DNA of 64,000 nucleotides from Catajapyx aquilonaris (Eukaryota): contig JYFJ02001100.1 in the NCBI GenBank assembly GCA_000934665.2, positions 1 to 64,000 of the forward strand, read 5' to 3'. The notes under the pieces are model-generated. The model had not been told where the DNA came from and did not search any database. It saw nothing but the letters and a program-made list of their open reading frames with translations. Below are positions 50,881 to 62,541 of this stretch, piece after piece. Position 1 is the stretch's first letter; each line of letters opens with the position of its first letter. Made by a program: the position numbers and the translations under genes.

Positions 50881-52358
50881 TCGACTTGGAAAATTCCACA
50901 ATTATAATGAGTGAAGTCGATTTAGGAGGATAAAATATGTGGAAATTTTGCCCGTTTAAATCCTCATTTTATTTAAATGAGTGGAAGAAAATACTCGATT
51001 ATTTTTACCTGCAAATTTGAATTTGTTTTCCCAAGTTCGGTGCTCCTTGCCCAATTTCTGAATGATTTATTGAGGGCGCGTGGAGAATTTGTGTATATCC
51101 ATGTAGGAGTTGGGGAGAATTTATTAATGAGTTTAGTAGAAAATAAAATAAAATTTATGTGATTTGGTGACAAGATGATTTGTGAAAGATTTGCTTAAGA
51201 TTCATGCGATTGTCACACAAACATGTTTCCCTTTCGCTTTTCTCTGGTTTCATAGTTCCAAGCCGTCAAGCCCAGTACATTATTATGCCGTAGACAATAT
51301 TCCGGTATATCCAGTGTCCGCTATGGACAGGTTTTAACCATAATTTTCCTCAGCTTTGGTAAGCTATGGCAACATGGCAGATGTGCCCAGCTCGGTCCTA
51401 CACGTCTATTTTGAGCACGTGGGAGTGACTGCCTCTGGTCGAGTGTAAGCAACTTTTGGTTGTTGCCTGGTCTCGGAAGAAGTTTTTGGTCGGAAGGTAC
51501 GACAGCACCTTAGTCATTTCCGCGTGCCGCCGACACCCTCTGCCAGATGCGAAAAAGAAATGTATAAAAAAAATAGTTGCACAGCCGAGTGTGTCCGCAA
51601 GTCGAGCCAGAGAGCTTTGAGAGCGTGCCACTTTGCTTCCGACCGAACTTGTGACCAGGTATCTTGAAGGGATGCCAGTCGTCTCCTGGCACACTCATGT
51701 ACGGTGGGGTTCAGGTCCGACCCCACTCCTGACACACATCTTATCCCCCCCAACCCCGACTGAATTCTTTTCTATTTTCCTTCGCCCCCACATTTTTTTG
51801 GGCGACTAGCAAATTCGTGACCTACTTGGCCCGGATTAATTTTTTAAGGAGAAGGTACAGGACAACGTACGGAAAACAATGATGTCGTATTTGTGTGCAT
51901 ACGACCATTATTATTATTGAAAAAAATATGTCCAACACAGACTGATGACTTATTCGTCACATTGTGAGTAGCAGACAAGGTGCGACCTTCATGGCCGCCT
52001 TCGCATGTCGTGCTACAATCAATCTGTCATTCGACATGTGTTATTACAGCAAACAAATCAGATCGGCATTGTTCTGCTCGATATACGTCGAAGGCCTGTG
52101 CGCCAAATAGTCCCCCATCTATTGTGCACAGAATCTGCACACGTATAAAGAGTAACTAGGCTAAACACCCGGTGTTGCCCCATCTCCCAGCATATGCAGG
52201 CAGTGACGTCTACAGGTTATTTTTAATATCCCCGATAGGTCCTCCATCCAATTGAAGATTTTTTTAAAGGCTGCAAGAGGAAGGCCCCTTGTGGTAGACC
52301 ACGCCAGTCACACATGTGCATCTTCAGTCGAATATGTCGGTGTATAGTCGGTGTATGA

Positions 52359-52376
52359 AGAGAGAGAGAGAGAGAA
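52359..52376. repeat. (GA)n tract ~200 bp upstream of the shakB ATG (possible GAGA-factor site)
   Basis: AGAGAGAGAGAGAGAGA read directly, followed by a GC-box-like CCCCGCCCA. Function is inferred. Confidence 0.6.
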
Positions 52377-52575
52377 AAAAGGATGTGGGGGAGTGAGAGG
52401 CCCCGCCCACCTGGCAGCTCTGAAGTTTGTATTCAGCCGTGGCTAAAATGGGGTCTCAGATCGTCCCAAGACGAGGATGTGCGTGGAGGCTGCTGCAGCA
52501 CCAGCCAGTTGACAACACCCTCTGCCCGCTTCATGGGCAGCGATATCCACAGGAGGTCACATGTGACCCATCAAG

Positions 52576-52941
52576 ATGTTGGACATCTTCAGGGGCCTGA
52601 AGAACCTGGTCAAGGTTTCCCACCTGTCCATCGACTCCAACGTGTTCAAGCTTCACTACAGCTTCACTGTGATGGCCCTGCTGGCCTTTTCGCTGATAGT
52701 GACCACCAGGCAGTACGTGGGCAACCCTATAGATTGCGTGCACACCAAAGACATACCGGAGGACGTGGTCAACACGTACTGTTGGATTCACTCCACCTTC
52801 ACCATAAAAAGTGCGTTCAATAAGACTGTAGGAGAGGACGTGGCATACCCGGGGGTGGCCAATGGGCCAAGGAAGCTGGACCCTCATGACACCAAGGAAG
52901 TGGCATATTACCAGTGGGTCTGCTTCTGCTTGTTCATCCAG
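52576..52941 (+). CDS. shakB: Innexin shaking-B (Inx8), coding exon 1 of 3 (join 52576-52941, 54324-54543, 55778-56289; 365 aa)
   Basis: [16 protein letters not shown]...[28 protein letters not shown] matches the ShakB(Lethal)-type N-terminus; [12 protein letters not shown]; donor CAG|GTGAGG, phase 0. Confidence 0.93.
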
Positions 52942-53208
52942 GTGAGGCAGGCAATACGTGTCAAGACACGTGCGAATTATTTGAATTTCCCTCCAACATG
53001 CCGCGTATGTTCCGTAATTATTCTGAAAACGTTCTCGAGTGAGTTCGTGAGCTTATTTGAATGATATAATTCGCATCATTAAAAATATTTTTCCACGTTT
53101 ATTTAAACTAGGAAAATATTTGGGTTAAATTTAGGAGGAGGAAGTTGTACGCCTTGCATTGTTACATATTATTGAGTGTCATCTGAGCGCCATAAGTGGC
53201 CGTCAATA

Positions 53209-53358
53209 GCCGTCAAATAGTTCCAGCTCGGTTTAAAATTTGAGCTTGCGTTTCAATTGAAGTGAAGTATCCTGCTTGCACCTTTTTAATAATTTGGTAT
53301 AACACTACAATTAAAACGCAAGCTCAAATTTTAAACCGAGCTGGAACGATTTGACGGC
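53209..53358. mobile_element. Hairpin MITE in shakB intron 1
   Basis: GCCGTCAAATAGTTCCAGCTCGGTTTAAAATTTGAGCTTGCGTTTCAATTG pairs, with about 2 mismatches, with CAATTAAAACGCAAGCTCAAATTTTAAACCGAGCTGGAACGATTTGACGGC. Weaker pairing extends to ~53187-53380. Confidence 0.75.
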
Positions 53359-54323
53359 CATTGTTAATTTACTATGGCACAATTGATACTTAACAGCTGA
53401 AGCTGCCCTCAATCATAACTGTTCTTGACCTGATTTTTCCCAGGAAAACCAAACGTCGTCCTTCGACAGTGGTCATGCTGATGAACTGCTAAAAGAAGCT
53501 TTGCTCAAATTTAGACTTTATAGTTTCACTCCCGTGCCTGGCGGTTATGGATATGCCCCTGTTGGGGTTAGTCGCTTCTCCCGACAATGTTCTGTCTGTA
53601 TTTATTTGTTGATTGCGCGCGACACTTTCCGAGTAACTTGCAACAGTTTCCTGCCCCATGCACAACACTTAGGCTACACCCTATTTTACAAAGCAGTGTT
53701 GAAAAGATGCTCTCGTGTCCTCATTTCCGCCACAATAAAGCTTGTTTGGGTTCCCATCCTCCCATCCTCCCCACCCTTCCTCGTTACATTTTTAACCTTC
53801 CATTCGAAGACCATCCATCCCCAGTTGCTCGCAGAGAAAGAGAGTAAAAAAGGTATGGAGGGGGGATCTGTGCTTCTAAGACGGGTTTTCAGGTCTAGTG
53901 TAAGATACCAAGCGCGCTTCCACCACGGCTGGTGACGTCTGTCAGACACGTACACACCATGAAGAAAAAGAGAGCGCATCTGAAATAGATTGTCGCACTT
54001 GGTCCAAGGTTCCAGTCAACAATGTGGCTTCCTGGAGTTTGTAAGAAAAGTGCACGATTAATTACATTGAACTAAACCGGTGTGAAACATTTTCCAGCTG
54101 GTTGCACATTTTTGTTCGAAGACAACCACAAGCATTTCCTGACACTATACTTGTTACAAACACACAGCATAATTCTAGCTGGTAGTGTATGTTACCAGTA
54201 AAAATATCCCTACTCTGAACAACAATAATAACACATTCAGAAAGCTGGAACATACCCGATTTCCTGGAGCTGCCAACCCCTGTCATAACAAATAATCGTC
54301 TTCCTCTCTCATATATTTTCCAG

Positions 54324-54543
54324 GCCGTTATGTTCTACATTCCTCGCTGGCTTTGGAAGATATGGGAATGTGGCAAGATCCAGGCCCTGATTCTGGACCT
54401 GGACATAGGGATTTATCCAGAGGTGGAGAGGAAGCAGAAGAAGAAGCTGCTTCTGGACTACCTGCACGAAAACCTGGAGAACCACGACTGGTGGACCTAC
54501 AGGTACTTCTTCTGCGAGTTCCTCTCGCTCGTCAATGTCGTGG
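54324..54543 (+). CDS. shakB: shaking-B, coding exon 2
   Basis: Acceptor [41 protein letters not shown]...[11 protein letters not shown]...[14 protein letters not shown]; donor G|GTAAGT, phase 1. Confidence 0.92.
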
Positions 54544-55441
54544 GTAAGTTGAACACTATACTTGTCGCCTAATTGTCGGGGCGTTGACAATGACAGAGTA
54601 GATGGTGTGTTGTATACAAACGGTGCCGTTAGTGAGTCTCAGTTGGTCAACGTTGCTTTCTCGTTCAACCACCTCTGCGATCTGGAATATTGCCCTGGCT
54701 TCGGGCCCTTCACGCAGATCTGGGTTGCCGGACGGAAATTACGTCCAACAAAAGTGCCGTCGGATGTTAAATAATATCGGACGGAATAAGCCAAACCAAT
54801 ATTTTAACCAGAGTAAATTAAGTTCAATCCTAGAATGAGTCAGTGTTTAATTCAGTGTAGGAACGTGTCTAATTGGCACGTATCACGGTATGTGTCCGTG
54901 GCATGCGAGGAGAGAATCCAACGTGACAGACTTGATGCATATGTCACAAACACCACATCCGTCACGACCTTTTTTTCTTCTCTATTAGTACTGGTAGATT
55001 CGTGATGTACCGGTACCGAGTCTATTGAAGTGTCGCCACCTCGGCCCTCAAATTAGCTGGCGAGGTGTCCTGGAAGCAATTAGATAAGCAAGGTCGGCCC
55101 CGTCACTTGCGGCTGTTGTTTACAGATTGCTCACATCGATAGACCGCCGGATGCTATGTACACACCTTCTATTAGGGATGGTGCAGCTTAGCTTGTAGCG
55201 AATAAAAGTGGTGTGCATGGAGCTGTGAAGATTCCAGGGAGTTAATCCTGACTCCTATGCAACCAAAGAGCCTCTATTGGGTTGCAGGGATGCGTGAATT
55301 GCAGGCGCATAACAACAGCACAAGATTTTGATATTGGCATGGAAACGATTTCAGATACTTTCAAAATTCACTTTCTCAAAGTTGCTTATTGTCTTTTTTT
55401 GCCCCCATGCTAGTAGACTACGATACGACCAGGAAAAAAGC

Positions 55442-55443
55442 AT

Positions 55444-55486
<43 letters not shown>

Positions 55487-55488
55487 TT
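55442..55488. repeat. (ATTT)n microsatellite in shakB intron 2
   Basis: About 11-12 ATTT units. Confidence 0.95.
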
Positions 55489-55777
55489 GTCACCTGCCAT
55501 GATCTGGGTTTTATTTTTAGAAGAAATACTTTGTCACAGATAATGCCAAAAATTTCTATAAATAAAAAGACAGTCGACAACAACTTACATCAGTATAGAG
55601 GTTTCATATATCAGTGCGACAAAGATTGTAAAAATAAATTGTTTAACATAATGGGTCACGTAAGGCTGTTTTTCTGCCTCAAATTAATTTTAATGTGGGT
55701 TGGATGGTAGCGAATTATTACATGTCGATTTTAGTAAATTATTTTAATCGGTAAATTGTGCTTCCACTTGTTTGCAG

Positions 55778-56289
55778 GTCAGATGTTCCTGATGGACTCG
55801 TTCTTCGACGGCGAGTTCCTGAACTTTGGCTTCGACGTGATAGCCTTCGCCCAAAGGGACCAAGAGGACCGCGTGGACCCGATGCGGTATATCTTTCCCC
55901 GTATGACCAAGTGCAGGTTCTACAAGTACGGCGCGACTGGGGACCTGGAGCGACACGACGTCCTGTGCATCCTTCCTCTGAACGTGGTCAACGAGAAGAT
56001 CTACATCTTCCTCTGGTTCTGGTTCGTGGTCCTCTTCTTCCTGACCGCCCTCCAAATCCTGTACCGAATGGTCATCATCGCCAGCCCCAGGATCAGGGCC
56101 TACCTTCTCTGCATCCGGTTTCGGCTCATCAACAGGGACGTGCTGCACACACTCGTGGCACACAGCAAGGTTGGCGACTGGTACGTCTTCTACATGCTCG
56201 GAATCAACCTGGACACCATCATCTTCAAGGAGGTCATGCACGAGCTGGCCAAGAGGCTCGGACATCCCTCCAAGGAGATCGAGGCTTAG
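55778..56289 (+). CDS. shakB: shaking-B, coding exon 3
   Basis: Acceptor [24 protein letters not shown]...[25 protein letters not shown]...[21 protein letters not shown]; stop TAG ends at 56289. Confidence 0.93.
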
Positions 56290-59200
56290 AACACCGGACG
56301 CAGAGAAACATAGATACACACACCTTCAGACACCCCCCGGAATTGCGTCATTGCTCATTCATGCTGCACAGGTGAGTAGGAGGATGCTCTCGCATATTTT
56401 TGTATGCTCCTGTTGGATGCTGCCCATACATTTTGTATCACATTGCACCGATCAAGGTATACACTGTAATTCATGTATCAACTTGAAGGTGGTACTTTGT
56501 AATCTACAAATCGTACAACAAATCAGTACTGATAGACGGTTTTTGACATCCAATTGTGATGTACTACCATTTTCATGTCAGTACTGTAGACAGTATTTGT
56601 TGATAACAAAGTGTCAACTCCGGAATCGGTACATTATTCACAGTGTATAGATGTCGTTGTTCATATTGTTGGAACTTCTTCACATATTGCACGAGTGGCC
56701 CATGTATACCGGGGTGTGTTTGGCCGATACCTGTGGCATTCGGGCGAGGGGAATGACTTTGATATTCTGGCTGGACCAACACCAGACCGCTCACGAGATA
56801 GATCTAATAATATACCACCAAAAGGCATCCGGACTGATCGCTTTGGGGGTGTAAGTAACCTCGTAATTCAAGATGCTTAGCAGAGTCTAGCCTCGAGTAT
56901 AGTGACCTTGATGGTGGTTAGACTCCGGGACTAACAATAGACAGAGCGGCTCTGGAAATAATCCTTGGCGTCCACGACTCTGTGGAAACAAACAGTCCGC
57001 TGCTGGTCCATCAGACACGAAAATGATCTTCTTGGCGATAATTCGCGCGTGTAATCCCGGCCTCAAATGAGTTGTTCCGCGATGCCCGAAATGACGGAGC
57101 CTGGCAGAAACCTCTTTGTGCAGGTGCCGAGTCTTACACTTTTACTTAAGAATGAATTTCCGGACCGGAGCCCATGCCAAGAACATTGATGCCGTTTGTC
57201 ATTGTGTCGCCAATTTATTCATAAGTCACTGTATGTTCAGAACCAGCCAATTTGGCCCATGCCCTGCAACAGCAGCAGGTGTCATAAATTCCGACAATGT
57301 TGTCAGCACCTGAGTGTGCCGAAAAATCTGGAGCTACAATTCACCCAGAATGTAAGGAAGTCAGCATCTTTTAGGGCCAGGGGACGGTATGTCTCTCAAT
57401 ATTTTTGAAACGTCGGACAGCCACTGGTAAACATGCAATCAGTTGACGGTTACGTCACAAAAGCGGACCATGTGGGAGGATTATATAACATCAAAGTGGG
57501 TTGTTGTGACTCCACGGGGTCATTGAGAGTTTATCAACTCCACGTGGACCGCTCGCAAATATTTGGAGTGGTGGGTTGTATCTCTGAGTGATTTTTTTGC
57601 GCGAAAGAATTACAATATTAGAAAATTAAATTAGAAATAAAAAAATATATATTTAATAATCTGGACGATAATGGCCTGAGCAATGGGTGCTATAACTTTT
57701 TTAAAAGAATCAGTTGATGACAGATATTACTCTCACTCAGGAGAAAAGAGCAAAAAAAAAAAATTGGGGGGATTTCGTAGAATTTCTCATTTTTTGAGTG
57801 AAATTCTCAGCTCCAAAGTATGTCAACTCAATCACATGCTGGCCGTCAAATATGGGCTTATTTATTCTTTTATCAACAGAAAGCTGAATTATGCGGGACC
57901 CAAAATGTGTAGATTCGACACGATTCCCTTCAGCTGATCCGCCAAAAAAATATTCGATAACCTTCGATTATCGCTTTTCTATACAACCCTCTGATGCAAT
58001 CCGACATGGTGCGCAATAGTCCCCTATTTGTTTCTTTTCGAGTGTAAATCACGTCCGTCAAAAGTGTGTGAAAAGAAGGGGGTTGAAAAGTGCATATGTT
58101 TGAATCCTTAGGATTATAAATAGTGCCGCTCGCGGCATTTAATTTTCAAGAGCAGGGGGAGGATTTTTTGAAGGGCTCCGGTAATTTACGCTTAGAGGAA
58201 CTTCCCCTGTATTTTTACACCACAGGGGAGCTGGAGGATCCTAAAAACGTAAAAGGTTGTTAGGAAATTAATACTCAAGTCGGCTGAGAGTGACATGCGC
58301 GAGGATTTGTGGAGATAATTTGATTAAGAATAGGCAACCGGTGGGGGTTAAATATAGTTGATTGTTCATAGTTGCTGGTAGTGTTTCACAAATTATGGCG
58401 CCAGGCCGGATGGGGGTTTCCATGCTGCCAAGTGTGCTGAAGTGCAAGCATTAATTGCGACACAATGAGTGCAGACGTATTTTGGGATACATGTCACTTC
58501 CGGAGTAGCCCGTACCTGCAAAATAATTCCTGGAAATATTCTGAACATGTTCTGGTGCAAAATCCATACCAGATTTGGACTGATGTCTTCCAGGCAAATT
58601 GAGGGATTTGGCTGAAAATGGTATTTTTGATATGCACGTGTGGTGTGGCAGCGGCCATTGTAATCTGCTTGCGGCGATTTCTCCCACAAAAGAAGGGAGT
58701 TTAGTATAAGGCGCCAAGTCTATTTGTAGAAGGTTCCCCCTCTAGCGAAATGGAGGAAAAGATCTACGGGTCAGATCACCACATTCCAAACAGCCAGATT
58801 GGAATTGAATTGGTTTCCCAGATTCCGTGCCGGCTGAATTCTGGCCAAGAGTACAACTGCTCAATGGCCTTCTGATGCTGATCTGGGTCTCAACACGACG
58901 TTTTATGGTGATGGGATCTTGCTTCGAGTGCACAGTTTTGTGGGTTAGTTGTCAGGTCCTGCTCAGATTTGTTTAGGATGGCGCTTATTGCGGCACTTCT
59001 GAATAACAATGTGGCCGTCAATTTATCCGGCAGTTTGATTGATGCAGTTGAACAATCACATCGCCATAACAAGTCAACATCGTAACAAACATCACATAAA
59101 TAACTGCTGCTTTGGGTGTTATGGAAGTATACAGTACAGCACAATGTCTGGCAAAACAGCAGGCAAGAGGAATATGAGATGATCTAACTGCATATGCCTC

Positions 59201-59696
59201 TATCATGTCAATACAGTACAGTTTCATAACAATCATTTCCAAGGATTACTGAATCAGTTGACATAACATCGGCATATTGTTTTCTTACAATTCTGTAAAT
59301 ACTGTACGTGTATTTTTCTTTTACAATGTAGCACCAGATAATTAAATTTTACACATCAGAGAATAACAGGCAGGTATAGCCACTGTATATTGAACAAAAA
59401 ATACACCCATACAGATTTACCTGTGCCAGTAATAAACCTTAGGGCCACTATGTACGTACCATCCACACTGCCTTAGAGTCAAGGGGCTTGAAACATGCAC
59501 CACGGTAAAAAGAAAAGATCTGGATCCAGCAAAACTTCAAATACCATCTGCCAGGCTGTAGTCACTGTTGCTTTATTCCACAAGTCAATATATTCACGAA
59601 CTTTGGACAGGAACTGGCTTTCCAACTATTGGCCAGCCAGCATTGAGTTTTGGTGGCAGGCCAGTTGCCTCTGGATAAATGGAAATGTTTCTTGAA

Positions 59697-59989
59697 TCAC
59701 TCTTTACTCTCGTCATTATTTTTACTATTGCAATGGCAAGCACAGGGCTTCCTCATGTTCTTGACCATTTGGTTCATGCTGCTCTGCATGGTGGACAGGA
59801 AGGTCTGCATCATCTCCTTCTCGGAAGCCATTCGCCTCTCCTCCAGCTCCACCTCCAGCTGCATCCTCTTCTCTTCCATCTCCTGGAAAGTTTCAGTCAT
59901 TTTGGCGCATGCTTCCATCTGTGCCGCCTTCACTGTCTCGAAGATGTCCTTCATCAGATTCTTCTTGAACTTTTTCTTGGCGTTGCCTC
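59697..59989 (-). CDS. Terminal exon of an uncharacterised protein with a basic patch and C-terminal coiled coil (possibly Myb/SANT-like/trihelix type); join complement >64000-63753, 60236-60210, 60117-60049, 59989-59697
   Basis: Minus-strand acceptor TTTTATTTCAG|GA; GGNAKKKFKKNLMKDIFETVKAAQMEACAKMTETFQEMEEKRMQLEVELEERRMASEKEMMQTFLSTMQ...; stop TGA at 59697. All introns are phase 1 and the frame is consistent. Confidence 0.7.
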
Positions 59990-60048
59990 CTGAAATAAAA
60001 TCTTCACATTAAAATGGCGGCGTTTTTTTCAATAAGCTTCTGACTTAC

Positions 60049-60117
60049 CAGTCTTTGATGAGGAGGAGGACGGTTCCATTAAGATCTGTGGCTTCACATC
60101 AAGAGGTTCATGTACAT
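60049..60117 (-). CDS. Internal 69-nt exon of the minus-strand gene (DVHEPLDVKPQILMEPSSSSSKT)
   Basis: TTATTCCAG| acceptor and CTG|GTAAGT donor on the minus strand; open and in frame. Confidence 0.7.
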
Positions 60118-60209
60118 CTGGAATAATGAATTTTGCAAACATTATTTTAATGCAGCTAAACCAAACTGTAGATCAATGAAGTGCAACTAAAAGTAATTTT
60201 GTAACATAC

Positions 60210-60236
60210 CTTGCTCATTCATTTCCACACCGACAT
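60210..60236 (-). CDS. 27-nt microexon of the minus-strand gene (DVGVEMNEQ)
   Basis: TTTTCTCTTTGCAG| acceptor and AAG|GTATGT donor on the minus strand; symmetric phase 1-1 and in frame. Confidence 0.65.
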
Positions 60237-62423
60237 CTGCAAAGAGAAAATAACCAAATTTAAAAGCCCGTTGTCTACAGGGACACACATTTACACTATG
60301 CATCGTACAGGTGCAAAATTATCAGATTCATGTATTTCCAAAGTTTTCCTGTTTGCTTGCACAAAATGTAATTAACAGAGCTCAACTTACTTGTGTAGGG
60401 AGTTGACCTTTTCAGACTTATACCAGTTTTGAAAACTACCCATTATACTTGAATAATAGGAATTCTTGGATTCAAAGGCACATGTGCTTCTAGTCCAATG
60501 CTCATAATTCATTTACATATCGCACATGAATTTTCAGAAACTGACCTACATTTACTCCCAGATACTTGGAATCACATCACTTGCAGCATTGAGGCTGTCA
60601 AGTCAAATACGACGGTTCGTGCACTCATTTATATTCAAAGCAATCCTATTGATTTGGTACATTTCCCATGACAGACTGTAGTTCTGGTCTGATGATTATG
60701 TTTACTTGGGATAAATTACAAGCATTTTTTCACAAAGGCAATTTCAGTTGAGGATGGAAAAGAGAACAGTTTCCAATGTCTGCCCAGTAGCAATTGTATC
60801 GGTTTTGTCAATCAGGTCTTCGGCCTGAAATTTTGCCAAGCAAGATTTCTCAGGATCTGGCCAGTGCACCCAGCAACATCCACTCATATTCTTGTACTTT
60901 TGCAATGAATGGCGAGTTTTCAACGTGCCTTGCAGGTGCACTGTCACGCATATGACATGGTTGTTGACAATGGAATCTGATTTAGTAAATCTGTGAAGTG
61001 CAACTGAAAGCCTAAGAACACAAACCATCCATTTGGCATAATGTTAGTATGATTTCCAAAACTCATTCTTTACTGCACTGTTTTTTTGGGAATACCATCT
61101 CATTTCTGATCATGTATATTACGTAGTTTCTATGGATAGCTGCTTACCGAGTAGTTCCCTTATTCACCTCTACTTTACATCAGAATTGGACGAGCAGATA
61201 AATGATCTTATGAAATGAAAAACACTATAAAAAATATCTTTATGGTTGAAAACTGCAATTTTCATCATATTTGAAATGGACATGTAAGTGATTATAGAAA
61301 ATAATAGATACCTTGAGCCTAATAATTACCATGAAAGTGGGGCATTAGTGCATGCGTTTGTGGGATAAACTAGTTGGCAACTTGGCATGGGAAAAATTGC
61401 TAAATTTGGGGGCTTATGCAATGCAAATCAGCCTAAACTGGAAACTATTTGTCCCGCCTATTGCAGTAGTCAGATATTTTATTACAGGACACATGGCAAA
61501 GTTTAGAATTATGATTTTTATTGCAGTGTTCTAAATGATTCATCCCTCTAAGACATTTATGATGTAGTAGAATAATTTTCAAAACTGTTTCAGTTAATAT
61601 TTGGATGTAAAATGCTGATAAGATTTGGTAAAATCAGGAGGTCAAAGATCAACAGTACTTTTCCTGGATTGATAGTACCGGGCCAAAAATGCTTAATACA
61701 GTTGAATCAGGATATAACAGTCTCTGCTACAAGAGACTTTTGGTTAAAACAGACTCGAGAAAGGCGGGTCCCACTAAACTTCTGTAAGGGCGTGTGTATT
61801 TTTACTTCTAATATAACAGACTCAATTTCACCCCACCATTTCCACAGACCATTTCTTGGCCCGTTAGTGGCAAAATATGATGTTTTTGATTATTCAGTTT
61901 CATTTCCTGTGTGAGGAAAGCACTGCATACTGGAGCTATGGTGATTTCCCCACCGGTCACTGATCCAACACTTGCCGAAAAGGTCAAAATCATTCTTTTT
62001 CTGGTTTATCTGGCAAAAATGACATGGCAGAAGAAAATTACGGATTTTTTTTTGGCCCTAAGTTATGGGTGAGCTAATTTTGTATGTTTGTGGATAGTTT
62101 CATTAATCAGTATGCAGTAGTGTGCATCATAAGCATATGAAAGCAGATAACTTGTGTATTCATTACAAAATTGGGATTTTGCTATAACAGACCTCAGTTA
62201 TAACACTGTTTTCCGCAGTCCCTTTAAGTCTGCTATATCCGGATTCGACTGTATTTACCAAGTTTTGCGGCTTCAACTCATTCAAATTGTTAAAATGAGG
62301 AAATGTTGCTTTTTTCTACCTATTAAAAAATGGAAAAAAACCATACTAGCATCATAGGACCATGTGGAAAAATGTTCCAGTTTCACAAAGGAGTTTTTTT
62401 GTTACTGTTAGGATGGATCCTAA

Positions 62424-62541
62424 GGGTGGAATTTCCATCCCACTGCTAGTTGCTGCTAACTTAGCAGTACCAGTGTTGGCAGTGATACTGCTAAGTTAGC
62501 AGCAGGTAGCAGTGACAAGCAGTGGGACAAAAATTCCACCC
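62424..62541. mobile_element. PIF/Harbinger (Tourist-like) MITE, 118 bp
   Basis: TAA|GGGTGGAATTT ... AAATTCCACCC|TAA: TIR plus 3-bp TAA target-site duplication. Internal inverted pair TGCTGCTAACTTAGCAGTA / TACTGCTAAGTTAGCAGCA. Confidence 0.85.
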
